Sequence record: MH494197.1
Strand: one strand, 5' to 3'
Length of the DNA stretch: 64,000 bases
A program made the translations under genes and the position numbers. This document shows, piece after piece, positions 49,729-60,520 of the stretch (position 1 is its first letter; each line of letters starts with the position of its first letter). A model generated the notes under the pieces. It made no database searches. It worked only from the letters and a program-made list of their open reading frames with translations, and was not told the DNA's origin.

Positions 49729-50004
49729 TCAACAGGAAACCAATCTATATTCACACAATACAAGTACTTTTTCTTGTTTATGATCTGTATAGTTTACACC
49801 AACCGACCATTTACCATTTGTGTAAACATTGTATTCTCGAATTATACCGACAATGTTCCAAATTTTGTATAAAAGCTTTAAGGATTTTACGGCATCGTCC
49901 TGTGTCGCTACAGTTTTACTTACATCTTGTAATGTTTTTAAGTATTTCTTCCATATTATTCCTGATCGTTGAATTAATAACATAACGTATTTAATTTTAA
50001 ACAA
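49729..50004 (-). CDS. Small hypothetical protein
   Basis: 91-aa ORF between sheath and tube genes; true start may be the ATG near 49984. Confidence 0.45.
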   Translation of the reverse strand: MFKIKYVMLLIQRSGIIWKKYLKTLQDVSKTVATQDDAVKSLKLLYKIWNIVGIIREYNVYTNGKWSVGVNYTDHKQEKVLVLCEYRLVSC

Positions 50005-50027
50005 TAAAAGGAACCAAAAGGTTCCTT
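50003..50027 (-). terminator. Terminator after the sheath gene
   Basis: Minus strand AAGGAACC-TTTT-GGTTCCTT-TTATTGTTT. Confidence 0.8.
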
Positions 50028-50033
50028 AGTGTT

Positions 50034-52688
50034 TTATTGAGTCTTTTCAATACGAATAGGTACGTAAATGAAGTTGATAGACTTAGTAGGTTGGATTGCA
50101 ATATCCATCCAAAGTTCGTTACGGTCAATACGTTCAGAAGTGTTGTTACTTTCGTCACAAACTACTGCGAAGTTGTATAGACCTTGTTGTTGAACGATTT
50201 CAGCTAGAAGCTATTCACTACACCACTGAATTCCTGACGAGTACTTGGAGTATTCAAACGGAATAGGAATGGTTCAGAGATGATTTCTAGTTGACGACGA
50301 ATGTAAACAACCAAACGAGCAACGTTAACACGGCTTAGTGCAGAGGTTTGGTTAGCAGATAGTGTTTTATCACCATATACTAGCAAGCCACGGTTAGGAC
50401 GCATTGCAATTGGGTTAATGTTGTTGGTATACATCACGTCACGTTGACCTTGGTTGTATACTACTGGTTGATATTCACCTTCACTGTTAATGAAACCAGT
50501 ACTTGCAGCGTTGGTTACAACACCACGAGTAGTACCAGCAGGTGGATACCATACAAAACTAACACTATCACTGTACGCATAGGTACGCATTGCAACAGTA
50601 CTGCCGGAACCGCTACTTCTTCACCATCAACGTTAGTACTTAGACACCAGCCCATGTACTGAGCAGCATAATCATATGCAGAAGTACGGCCTACTGAACC
50701 ATTACTTGGTGCGTTATTCGCGTTAGTAGCCCATTCTTGAACTGCACTACCGTTTCCGGTTGGGTTCAAACGAGCAGGTACATCAGTTACAATGAACGCT
50801 GTTTCTTTACGATCAGTGTTTAGGGTAATACATTCATCTAGAGTTTCTACATAACCGGAACACAGATTAGGTTGAAGTCGATGAATTCAGAACGGATATC
50901 ATCATTACCGACGATTACAGCAGCTAGTGCTTCAACGATTAGTTTGCGTTGTGCTGCACGACCGAATAGACCTGCACCATCAAGACTAACACCACTAACA
51001 ACTTGCCATTGACCATTAACCATTTTCTTAACAACACCTTCGGTATTACCGAGGTCAATTGCAAGCATACCATTCTGATAAAGAGCAGCAGAAGCAACTT
51101 GTTCAGGGAAGTTAAAGTCAGCGAAAATCATACCGTTTAGAGTACTTTGGTCAGTATTGTCTAGTTTAACCCACTCACCATCAACGTTACGATAGAAATC
51201 ATAACCATCAATGCCTTGAGATAGAGGGCGTACCCAAATTAGGCGGTCAGCCGATGGCTCATCAACTTGAACGTATTTGTTATCTTCTTGTACTAGATCC
51301 CATTCGTCATTTGCAACATCTGCAATGTACATGGTAACAGTTAGGTTATCTGAATTACCGAAATCATACCAAATAGTACCGTCTTTAGCAATACTACGTG
51401 GAACAGAAGAGCTAACACGCAAGTTATTAACGTTAACTAGAGAATAGTTGTTACTATCTACAGTTAGTTTAGCTAGTTCATTCGCTGCAAAAATATCATC
51501 ACCGCTTTGGGTAACTTTAAAGCTATAACCTTTGGTGTTTGTAACTACCAAACCGCCATTAGATTCACGTTTGAATTTGAATCCATCATTGATAAGATCA
51601 GCACTAACATTTAGATTATCGATGATAGTTTGAGTATTAATTACGCCACCTTGTGGTACTGCAAGTACTTTAACAGATTTGTTTAGGTAAGCGAAAGTCA
51701 AATAACTATTTTCACCAGCTTGCTCAATAACAGTTTCACCTAGTGGTACTGCTGGAGCACTAATTGCTGATAGTTTTGCACTTTGAATATAGAAAGAGAA
51801 ACTCTTACTATCGTCATCAAAACGGCAAGCAATATAACTGTTGTTTAGTACACCACTCTTAGCTTCAACTTCTTGGAAAGAATTACCAGTATATGCTGGA
51901 ACGATATTCCAAACTTGAGTTAGAGATGCATAACGTTTTAGAACAAAGCGAGTGCCAAAATAGTTTGAACCATTTTGAGTATAACCATCACGAATCCATA
52001 CGTTACCTTGTTCAACAGTTGAACCAACTGGAACTTTGTTGATTGGTGATAGATAAGTTTCAACCTGTACTAGACCAGATGCTGCACGTTTGTACATAAG
52101 CATTTGACCATTACTTGGCTTATAACGTAGAACTAGATCATCAACGTTTAGACCAACTAGGCTAACATCGTCAACTTCTTCAGAACTTACGATGGTAACA
52201 GGCTTCAATTGCCAGTCATAGAAGCTGCTTGGGCTGTCTTTCTTAGCAACATAAGCTTCAATTTGTGATTGAGCAGCATCAAACCATAGAGTACCATTTG
52301 GTACTGGGCCAGTTGGTGCAGTTGCACTTGGTGATAGTTGAGCCAAATCGATATCAGCACGAATAACATATGCACGGTTGGTGATACCTAGATAAGAATA
52401 TACAGCATGTAGACCATATTCGTTTAGTTCGTCACCTTGAACAACTGAACCATTGTTCATTTGGAAAATTGGTGAGCCAAATGTATCTAGTGAGCTTTTC
52501 TGTGATGTTAGTAGCTGTAGTTTACCAGCGTTTGCTTTAGTGGTTCCGCAGCGATTGCACTGCTACCGGAACAAGTTTGTCTTCAGCAGTAGCGATTACA
52601 AATAGTGGTACTGTGCGAGCAGCAGCAGTACTCATACTTTCATCAGTTACTGAAATGGAAACGCCGGTGAGAGTAGATCTCCTGCCAT
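50034..52688 (-). CDS. Tail sheath protein (T4 gp18-like, about 885 aa), frameshifted
   Basis: MAGDLLS(PG)VSISV, GDELNEYGLHAVYSYLG...AYVIRADIDL, LICV(PG)YVE, WYPPAGTTRG, INPIA...YGDKTL...LSRVNVARL, FRLNTPSTR, CDESNNT...RNELWMDIAIQPTKSINFIYVPIRI. Confidence 0.93.
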
Positions 52689-52782
52689 ATTAAATCCTCC
52701 AAAAATAATTGGTTATTCGAATTATATTCGTATAGTCTTATTTATTGAAGGATTTGAATGTCAAGTCCTAATTGTTTTAATT

Positions 52783-53404
52783 TCACTTATTGGCATAAAT
52801 AACGCTCAATGCTTGTTGGTGCAACGCTTCAATTGTGCTATTATTTTGTACAATGATATCAGGATTATTGATACCAATCCACGCCCATTCAGATTCATGA
52901 ACTGATTCTAACTCAATTGGTTTCATGCTAATATCACCTTTATTAAAAGATGCTGCTAAACCATACCAGTGTGGGAGGGTACGCTGAACTTCAATCACAA
53001 TACCATTTAATGAACGAATCATTTTTAGTTCATTTGGGAATCGACAGTCAGTAATGATAATATTCCTTCAACAGATTGCATTGACTTCTAAACTATGGAC
53101 CCAAATATCATTATGAAAGTACTTACGCAAAATATTAGTACCGTAATTCTGTAATACCCATCGAGGGAAACATCATCACGCCCCAACTTCTCGCACCAGT
53201 ACTGGTCTGGCTCTTCACGGAGTTTACGACTTTCCTTAGTCGAACCCTCAAGCATTTCACGATCCATCCAAAGATAGCAGCAACTGAATCTTTAAGATTA
53301 GTTGCAAATGACATTCTTGTGTAACCATTATTGATAAAAGTTTCACCAAAAGTATCTTTGCCACTACCGATAGTACCGTTAATTGCAATTATTTGTCTTT
53401 CCAT
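52783..53404 (-). CDS. Deoxynucleoside monophosphate kinase (T4 gp1-like)
   Basis: IAINGTIGSGKDT, SFATNLKD, PRWVLQNYGT..., IITDCRFPNE, HESE; frameshifts near 53260 and 53165. Confidence 0.88.
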
Positions 53405-53422
53405 AATACTTCTCCATGTATA

Positions 53423-53701
53423 TTATATAAGTACTACTAAATCCTTTCCTACTAAACATTCAAGTAATCCAACTATAAACTCACTCCCATAATATATAGT
53501 AACATAAGTGATGTAGAATGTTTCACCATTATCATCACGACATATACTCGCCCACGCGTTTATTCGATCTCTACCGAAAACATCTACGATTGATTCTTTT
53601 ATAAATTTCCAGTTCTTTTCGGTTGATTCATAATCCAATGTAGGTGCTCCACAAGTATATTTGTTATACATTGCATACACTGCATCTATGTTGTTATTCA
53701 T
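53423..53701 (-). CDS. Hypothetical protein
   Basis: 92-aa ORF with AAGGA RBS and an extended -10 (TGaTATAAT) upstream. Confidence 0.55.
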   Translation of the reverse strand: MNNNIDAVYAMYNKYTCGAPTLDYESTEKNWKFIKESIVDVFGRDRINAWASICRDDNGETFYITYVTIYYGSEFIVGLLECLVGKDLVVLI

Positions 53702-53745
53702 GTCAGGTTCCTTTAGATTAATATTATCATTATATCACAACATAT

Positions 53746-53772
53746 AAAAAGACCCCATATAGAGTCTTTTTT
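53746..53772 (-). terminator. Terminator after the neck gene
   Basis: Minus strand AAAAGACTC-TATATG-GGGTCTTTT. Confidence 0.65.
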
Positions 53773-53775
53773 GTT

Positions 53776-54563
53776 TTATCCGATAATCATTCCAAGTGGA
53801 TCACCACCATCTTTGTATCTCTTCAACTGTTCTTTAAGCTGTTCTTGAAGTTGTGCACCTTCATTACGTAATGTATCACCATCCATAGAGAATGTACCCT
53901 GTGGTCCGCAATGTAGCAAATTTAGCACGGTTGCGACCCAACATAATCATAGCTTCAGACAATGCCCAGTCACGTAGCCAAGGATAGCTTTGTTGACGTT
54001 GGAATAGCAATGGTTCAGGTATATTATGATATACATGTAATAGCACTTCTTCAGTACCACGAATATCACGGTCAATTATTAGTTTTTGGTCATTGGGTTG
54101 AACTGGAAGATGATTTCTCTACCAAACATACGCCCAACTAATTCTTGGAACTGAAAACTAAAATCATAAGTAGTTAAGTCATAACCACCAGCGTTACGTG
54201 CAGACGTTAAAAGGTAAGTGTTGGTAAATGCGAGTGAAAAAGGGTCTACTGAGTTACCACTTCCAGAACTTAGATAACCGTTACCATAACGATAAATCTG
54301 TTTGACAATTTCAACTTCAGTAGGGAGCATGTATACAGATTGTGAATCATAGAATTTCATGTTCAAGAATGCTTCTTCTTTGAAGCAGAACTCCATGCTC
54401 GGTAGTTTGATACCGCATTATCAATTGCAATTTCCAATTGACCATCAGTAATTTCAACTTCAACTGCACCAGCACCTAACATTTGAGTGATAACATCTTT
54501 CAGTTTTTCACGATGATCAAAGTTTGGAGCATCTGGGTTTCCACCCATATAATCGTAAGACAT
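53776..54563 (-). CDS. Neck protein (T4 gp13-like adaptor), frameshifted
   Basis: LGAGAVEVEITDGQLEIAIDNAV...YDFSFQFQELVGRMFGREIIFQFNP...WLRDWALSEAMIMLGRNRAKFATL(PG)PQG...DGDTLRNEG; CTAAATA at 54594-54600. Confidence 0.82.
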
Positions 54564-54612
54564 AAAAAGCACCTCATTAATGTTTATATACATTATTTAG
54601 AGGTGCTAATAG

Positions 54613-54789
54613 TTATTTGGAATTATACAAGCAATACAAGTATACCATAGGAGCAAAATGTTCGGTATCAACTAAGTATATTAACTGGGTGTCATATATA
54701 CCGTACAAATCTCGAAATTTATCTCTGTACAGCAACAATGACTTATTGTTGTGTGGGTCAACCCAGTACTTTAAGTCATTGTAGTGCAA
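54613..54789 (-). CDS. Possible small hypothetical protein (58 aa)
   Basis: Open frame LHYNDLKYWVDPHNNKSLLLYRDKFRDLYGIYDTQLIYLVDTEHFAPMVYLYCLYNSK; start uncertain. Confidence 0.3.
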   Translation of the reverse strand: MHYNDLKYWVDPHNNKSLLLYRDKFRDLYGIYDTQLIYLVDTEHFAPMVYLYCLYNSK

Positions 54790-55199
54790 CGTGTTATTAC
54801 GGTAACCTGATAATATTTGTTTTTAGCCAACTTTTTACAATTACTTAGTAAATGCATGATGGCATCAGCGGTAAATGGTCCCAGTACTAAAACTTCTTCT
54901 CCATTACCGAAGATACTCAATGGTACAGATTGTTGTCCTGCTAGATATTCGATTTGTTCTAATTCGAAAATGTCATCAGCAGCATAAACAACCTGTTCCA
55001 TTTCATTATCTTTAATCCATGACTGCCAATGTTCTTTAAACTGCTTCGCTTCGTATTCCAGTACATAGTTAGGTGATTCTGGATTGTACTGATGTAGCAT
55101 TGTCATACCAGCCATAACCAGTTCTTTTGGTGATGGAGTAGAATCTTTCAGTACTACGATAGCTTGGATAGTTTTAACTTTAACGTTTTGAGCAGCCAT
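54771..55199 (-). CDS. Divergent peptidyl-tRNA hydrolase 2 (PTH2)-like protein
   Basis: Overall pattern fits PTH2 (N-terminal IVVLKD strand, W...QVVY...DIFELEQI, VLVLGP...KKL), but the GK-AAQ--HA motif is absent. Confidence 0.4.
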   Translation of the reverse strand: MAAQNVKVKTIQAIVVLKDSTPSPKELVMAGMTMLHQYNPESPNYVLEYEAKQFKEHWQSWIKDNEMEQVVYAADDIFELEQIEYLAGQQSVPLSIFGNGEEVLVLGPFTADAIMHLLSNCKKLAKNKYYQVTVITRCTTMT

Positions 55200-55211
55200 T
55201 AGATACCTCTA

Positions 55212-55517
55212 TTATAGAATGATTTTGTTATCAGGAACAATCAGTGCTGGTTTTTCTTCGATAGCCTTGATTGCTTCAACATAAGCTTCAACTAGTGCAG
55301 GGTTTGCATCGCTGATGCTAATGATGTTGGATTTATAAAAATAACGCCTTTTTCAGAACTAATGAATTCTAGGTAATCACGTAGAATGATTTCACCTTGT
55401 TCGTCAGTACCTAGCTGTGCTGGGTAGTTAACTACTACTGCTTCTGGTGCATCATTTTGTAGAATTGCTAGTACTGCCAACGCTGTTGATGTTTAGTAGT
55501 TTAACGGTCATAGTCAT
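55212..55517 (-). CDS. Hypothetical protein, frameshifted
   Basis: LAVLAILQNDAPEAVVVNYPAQLG...PALVEAYVEAIKAIEEKPALIVPDNKIIL. Confidence 0.55.
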
Positions 55518-55535
55518 TTTGTCAAGTCCTTTTGT

Positions 55536-56012
55536 TTATTTTAGAAAGTATAAGTGTTTTTCTGCATTAACCAGTCTGTGGTCAATGATTTCTTTGATAA
55601 CGTTCCAGTTACCACCGCCTAAATCGGCTCCAATTTTCGGGAAGTGTACATGAACAGTGCGTTCAACGTTACATAAGTAATTGAGTTGTTTGAAAACATC
55701 ATCGATTGCATCATAACTCACATACTTAGAACCGTCATTACCATAGTACTTTTGGGTAATGCAGTTTGCGATAAGCAAATCATCACTTATAGAAGAATAT
55801 GAAATTTGTCCTGTTCTTAGAAATCCCATTTCCTTTTCATATGCTTTATAATCATCATATGCCATCGGATAACGATTTCTTAGTTCTTTTGCAAAACCCG
55901 AACCCATCTTACCCTGTGCATTACAACCATGAGCGATTATATGCAACGCGGTTTGATCATCAGTAACAGTGTTGAACAATTCAAACAAATTACCTAGGTG
56001 TTCATGTATCAT
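55536..56012 (-). CDS. Macrodomain protein (Appr-1-p / ADP-ribose processing, T4 Tk.4-like)
   Basis: IAHGCNAQGKMGSGFAKELRNRYP, IANCITQKYYG, FPKIGADLGGGNW. Confidence 0.9.
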   Translation of the reverse strand: MIHEHLGNLFELFNTVTDDQTALHIIAHGCNAQGKMGSGFAKELRNRYPMAYDDYKAYEKEMGFLRTGQISYSSISDDLLIANCITQKYYGNDGSKYVSYDAIDDVFKQLNYLCNVERTVHVHFPKIGADLGGGNWNVIKEIIDHRLVNAEKHLYFLK

Positions 56013-56023
56013 TATATTCTCCG

Positions 56024-56052
56024 AAAGAAAGGACTCTGTAATCAGAGTCCTT
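56024..56052 (-). terminator. Rho-independent terminator
   Basis: Minus strand AAGGACTCTG-ATTA-CAGAGTCCTT-TCTTT. Confidence 0.75.
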
Positions 56053-56055
56053 AAT

Positions 56056-56319
56056 TTATATTTTATTCTTCTTCACCGAATCGAATTTTTTCAATTCTTT
56101 TCGTTGTTTGCGAGCAATGGTACTTTTGTGAAGTCTATTACCACGTTTTGTGTCTTTCGTAATGTACCATGAATCTTCTGGTGCATCATAATCACAATAA
56201 CCATCTTCTGTAATCGTCCCTAAGAAAGCAGACTTTTTAGGAATGGATGTTTGAGCTTTAGCAGCGAATTGGCCTTTTGCTAATTGTTCACGAAAACTGA
56301 GCATAATAGTATCTCCCAA
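56056..56319 (-). CDS. Basic hypothetical protein
   Basis: K/R-rich ORF; likely start MLSFREQ with GGGAG RBS. Confidence 0.55.
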   Translation of the reverse strand: MGDTIMLSFREQLAKGQFAAKAQTSIPKKSAFLGTITEDGYCDYDAPEDSWYITKDTKRGNRLHKSTIARKQRKELKKFDSVKKNKI

Positions 56320-56349
56320 ATTGTTACGAAGAACTTGTGTTCTTCATTA

Positions 56350-56592
56350 TTATTTAGGGTTGCTCGAAACCTCTACTGAAGCGATGAATGCCAAAATATC
56401 ATCTTTACTGAAAGCTTCAATAATATAAGCAACCGCTTTATCGTACTGTTCTTTCTTAGTAGTGTATTCTTTCATTTTGTGAATTTTACGTTGTGCTTTA
56501 ACTTTTGCAGCTTCCATATCAGGCATTTTAAATTCAACACCCAATGTGTCAGCTAAATGTTTTGCACGAGATGATACTTTATCAATATTCAT
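56350..56592 (-). CDS. Hypothetical protein
   Basis: 80-aa ORF, ATG adjoining the glutaredoxin stop. Confidence 0.6.
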   Translation of the reverse strand: MNIDKVSSRAKHLADTLGVEFKMPDMEAAKVKAQRKIHKMKEYTTKKEQYDKAVAYIIEAFSKDDILAFIASVEVSSNPK

Positions 56593-56837
56593 TAATTCCA
56601 GCGACCTTCTTTAAGACCTTCAACGAAACCAGTACAGCCACGGAACGTAAACATCGTTTACGAAAATTTGTGGAACCTGTCGTACTGGCTCACCACATAG
56701 TTCAGATAGTTTAGCACCATCAATACCAGCGGTAACATATCGATAAACTCCATATCAAATTTGTTATTTTCACATACTGCTTTAGCAGTGTCGCAGAATT
56801 TACAACCAGTAGTGCGACCATAAATTTTAACTTTCAT
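56592..56837 (-). CDS. Glutaredoxin (NrdC/NrdH-like)
   Basis: MKVKIYGRTTGCKFCDTAK (CxxC)...RQVPQIFVNDVYV(PG)GCTGF. Confidence 0.88.
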
Positions 56838-56847
56838 TTCTTTTCCT

Positions 56848-57269
56848 TTATTTCGTTGAAACATCGTAACAGCCTTTATTATACTGTTACACATTCGTTC
56901 AGTCAAATACTTTTGACAATCTAGTACATCAATGTACATGAACTTATCCAATTCTGGGTGACTTCTACCATATCTGTTTGTGTAAGTACTTTTACACTCC
57001 AACTCTTCTGGTATAGGCTTATCTTTGGCTGTATAGAAAAATAAAACTAAACGTTTCCCTTTCTATACGATACATCACCAAGAAACAGAAGATCATCTTC
57101 ATCGATTTCATATCCTGTCTCTTCGTAGCATTCACGTACAGCAGCCTCTTTAAATGTTTCTGTACCTTCAGTTTTACCTTTAGGTAAGTCCCAGTGATTC
57201 TGTCCGTGTTGTATGCCCGATAAGTATCTGACCATCACGATAAAATATTATACCACAGCTATAACGCAT
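56848..57269 (-). CDS. Nudix hydrolase, frameshifted
   Basis: MRYSCGIIFY...WDLPKGKTEGTETFKEAAVRECYEETG...HPELDKFMY. Confidence 0.85.
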
Positions 57270-57344
57270 AATCTTATCTCTTTATCATCAAGTGATGTTC
57301 AGATACTAGTAATTATATCAGAAGATGTTAACTTGTCCCAGCTT

Positions 57345-58455
57345 TTAGAACATTTGCTTGATTGCTTCAATACGCAATTCAGCAACAAAATCACGAATCT
57401 CCGATGTTTGGAGTTCACCATCTTTCACTAACTGCTGAATATCAGGTAATTCAACATCAGTATAACGATCATAAACTTTAATAATCAAATCTTCAAGTTC
57501 AGAATCAATTTCTTTGTTCAAAATGAAGTTTTCCAGTACTTTGTAAAGGAAATCTTCACCACCATTGTTTTTGATATTCATATCCAGTAAGATTTGTCCC
57601 ATTTCAACTGGGGTCTTCTTACGGAAGGTTTTAATATCTTCACGGAAACGCTTGATGTAATTATAAACTTCACGTACTTAACTGGAACCTTAATGGAACC
57701 GTTAAGTACTGAATCATTATTTACTTCTTCATTTTCAAGAAGTACTGTCCATAAGAAATATGGTTTATATTCTTCTGTACAATTTACAGAGATAGAATCA
57801 ATTAATTCCAGACGTTTCTTGGTAACTGGAACTGTAGTAAATGCCTTTTCGTAATAACCAAATTGTACCAGAGTTTTGATAAACTTGGAAGGGTTTTCTT
57901 CAGAAAGTGCTTTTCGAATTCAACAAAACACGATCTGGAACTAGATGGTCTAGTTCACCAGTACTAACCATATCTTTACACATTGTCATAGTATCATCAT
58001 GGATTGTAAAGTCGGAGTAACGCGTAGCGAAACGGGCCAAACGTAGAACACGCAATGGATCTTCTTTAAAGTGTTCTGATACATGACGAAGTACTTTGTT
58101 CTTGATATCAGCTTTCCCGCCATAAGGGTCGATGTGAATCTGGAGTACTGGATCATATGCAATACTATTGATTGTGAGATCACGACGATATAGATCTTGT
58201 TCTAGTGTCACACCTTTGTATTCACTTCGAAACCACCATATCCAGTACCAGTTTTACGCTCAGTACGGGCTAATGCGTGTTCATTACCTTCTGGACTTAG
58301 ATATACAGGAAATCCTTACCTACTTGCTTGTATCCAATACTTTGCAAGTATTTAATATCGGATTCGGTAGCACCGACAATAACATAATCTTTGTCTTTTG
58401 CACGGATGCCCATTAAACGGTCACGAACGTAGCCACCAACCAAATACTTTTTCAT
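57345..58455 (-). CDS. cca: tRNA nucleotidyltransferase (CCA-adding enzyme), frameshifted
   Basis: [87 protein letters not shown]. Confidence 0.93.
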
Positions 58456-58456
58456 A

Positions 58457-58578
58457 TCATTCCCCATCAACCAATCACGTAGACGTTCCCAGAAGCCTTT
58501 TGGCTGATATTCTGGATATTCATATTCATCTGTTCCTTGCTCGGAAACACCCCAATCTTCTTCTAATACTGTAATCAC
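58457..58578 (-). CDS. Small acidic peptide (paralogue of 59582..59706)
   Basis: [38 protein letters not shown](E); GGAGG RBS. Confidence 0.55.
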
Positions 58579-58589
58579 AATGCCTCCAA

Positions 58590-59011
58590 TTAAATTAATC
58601 TATCACGTAGACGGTCGTAATATTTTGCATGTATATCTAGTATACACTGAAATGACGGATAGTCAATACTAAATGTATCATCAATGAACATGTACTGATC
58701 AAGTGTTTCAGGACCATTATCATAAACTGGCAATGAACCTTCTTTTTTAACAGTGTGTTCCACATCAAATCACATGTAGTATCGAAAATTGCGTATGCTA
58801 ATTCTATCTTACTTTTTCTAAGTGTAATTAATAATTCATCATTCTCTACTAACGCGTTTCGTATTTTTACACGTACTGTACCCTGAAATTTATTAGTGGT
58901 TAGTACTCTATATTGATTATACGAAATCATGCCTCGTATTTCAGTACTGATTTCTTGTTCAGAAAAGTACCTTAATGTACTGTGGAAATTTGGTATTTTA
59001 CGAATGTCCAT
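58590..59011 (-). CDS. Hypothetical protein, paralogous family with (S/I)P...QY-F-DD motif
   Basis: After repair the C-terminus reads [27 protein letters not shown]. Confidence 0.55.
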
Positions 59012-59402
59012 TCAAATTCCTTTCGTATATATGGTATACGTTCATTATACTATTATATAGTTCAAAGTCAAATCCAAATGTGTCATCAATGAACTGATAT
59101 TGTAGATACTCTTCATATGAAGCATCAATTGGTAATGAGCCAGAACGAATATCATCTGATTTAAAATCGTCAATATATCTTAATGTTATTTCTTCATCAA
59201 CAGTGATATCTATCATCAACGTATCGTCACTGTACCAAAGGTTATGTATACGGATGTAAAGTTTCTTAGCACGATTAAAACTAGATACATTGGTATTGCG
59301 ATGGAGTTTATCTAAGTTGAAGTAAAACCGGCTCGTTTTACTTATGTTTTTCATATGTTCTGCAATCGAATCAATTATATAATCAATGTTGAATGTTCTC
59401 AT
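58998..59402 (-). CDS. Hypothetical protein, same paralogous family
   Basis: GSLPIDASYEEYLQYQFIDDTFGFDF. Confidence 0.6.
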   Translation of the reverse strand: MRTFNIDYIIDSIAEHMKNISKTSRFYFNLDKLHRNTNVSSFNRAKKLYIRIHNLWYSDDTLMIDITVDEEITLRYIDDFKSDDIRSGSLPIDASYEEYLQYQFIDDTFGFDFELYNSIMNVYHIYERNLNGHS

Positions 59403-59582
59403 AAACAAATCTCATAGCGGTTTGTGTTTGGATTGTAGCAATAGGTATCATTAATTTTAACACGGTTTAAGTGTTATTGTTGTTCCTACTTCAGTACTGG
59501 GTTCTGCATCACAATAAATCATCACACCAACGCCACAGATTAAAGCTAAGATACAAATAATAGCACATATTATATATTCCAT
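59399..59582 (-). CDS. Small membrane protein (about 61 aa)
   Basis: MEYIICAIICILALICGVGVMIY hydrophobic segment; continues TLK(PG)VKINDTYCYNPNTNRYEICL after repair. Confidence 0.5.
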
Positions 59583-59706
59583 CACTCCCCATCAGCCAAT
59601 CAAAGAGACGTTCCAAGAAGCCATTAGGCTTGTATTCTGGTTCTTTGTTCACGTCGGTTTCTTGTTCATAAACACCCAAATCTTCTTCAAGTATAATTGT
59701 ATTCAT
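59582..59706 (-). CDS. Small acidic peptide (paralogue of 58457..58578)
   Basis: MNTIILEEDLGVYEQETDVNKEPEYKPNGFLERLFDWLMG(E). Confidence 0.55.
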
Positions 59707-60089
59707 TATATATTATACTCTATTATACCATCATCACTTTCACCAGACAACCACTTAATGTAATTTACTTTGTAGAAATTAATCAATGCATAAGTGCTGT
59801 ACTCAATCAACAAGTGATCTCTCAAGAATTCGTCTTGAGCATATCCATCTTCATCCAAATCTGTTGGAATATCAGTTTCTTTGTCTTGAATGTGTAAAGT
59901 TATTGTGTCTTTTGTTATACAAATTTTTATATGATTACAAATAGTAATGATGATTATGCTATATGTTCTATTGAAATATATTGTGAAATCTTCATTAATA
60001 TTATATCTTCGACTTTCTTCATATTTCTGATATGGGTCGAAATGTGATAAATTAACTTTAATTAATGTATTTCTCAACTTACACCTCAA
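59706..60089 (-). CDS. Hypothetical protein, paralogous family
   Basis: DIPTDLDEDGYAQDEFLRD. Confidence 0.55.
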   Translation of the reverse strand: MRCKLRNTLIKVNLSHFDPYQKYEESRRYNINEDFTIYFNRTYSIIIITICNHIKICITKDTITLHIQDKETDIPTDLDEDGYAQDEFLRDHLLIEYSTYALINFYKVNYIKWLSGESDDGIIEYNI

Positions 60090-60466
60090 TCATATAAAGT
60101 AATTATACATTTTATTGTACAATATAAAAGGTCTTTCACATTATCATAAGTAATATCAGATATATCATGAATTAATGATAACTGAAAAATGAAGCTTCGT
60201 CTATCTCTACTGGGATTATAACATCATAGTCTTCGTCAATTTTATGGGTGTAGTATTTTATGTGATCAGCATTCAACACAAGGTTGTATTTTGTATCATC
60301 TTCAATTAATCCGACAAATTGAGATTTTTGATTAATAAAAATCCAATCCCAACACAACGGTTATCTGGATATGGATAGTACCATCTATTAATAACTAGGT
60401 GTTCAGGTAAGTCCATATCATGTGTTGATATTAAAGATTTTACAATTCCCATCCGGAATAATTCAT
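60086..60466 (-). CDS. Hypothetical protein, paralogous family, frameshifted
   Basis: IIPVEIDEASFFQLSLIHD after one restored T. Confidence 0.5.
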
Positions 60467-60482
60467 AATTAAAACTCCATAA

Positions 60483-60512
60483 GAAAAGGGACAGAATAAT
60501 CTCTGTCCCTTT
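60483..60512 (-). terminator. Rho-independent terminator
   Basis: Minus strand AAAGGGACAGA-GATTAT-TCTGTCCCTTT-TCTT. Confidence 0.8.
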
Positions 60513-60520
60513 ATTATATC

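Noticed and set aside
56658-57002. Nudix-glutaredoxin fusion protein
   Set aside because: Restoring one A gives a stop (CGAAAATAA) followed by an RBS and the glutaredoxin ATG
58297-58578. Acidic peptide fused to the N-terminus of the CCA enzyme
   Set aside because: Both peptide paralogues end WLMGE-stop if one G is restored in a G-run; the CCA enzyme has a normal start at 58455
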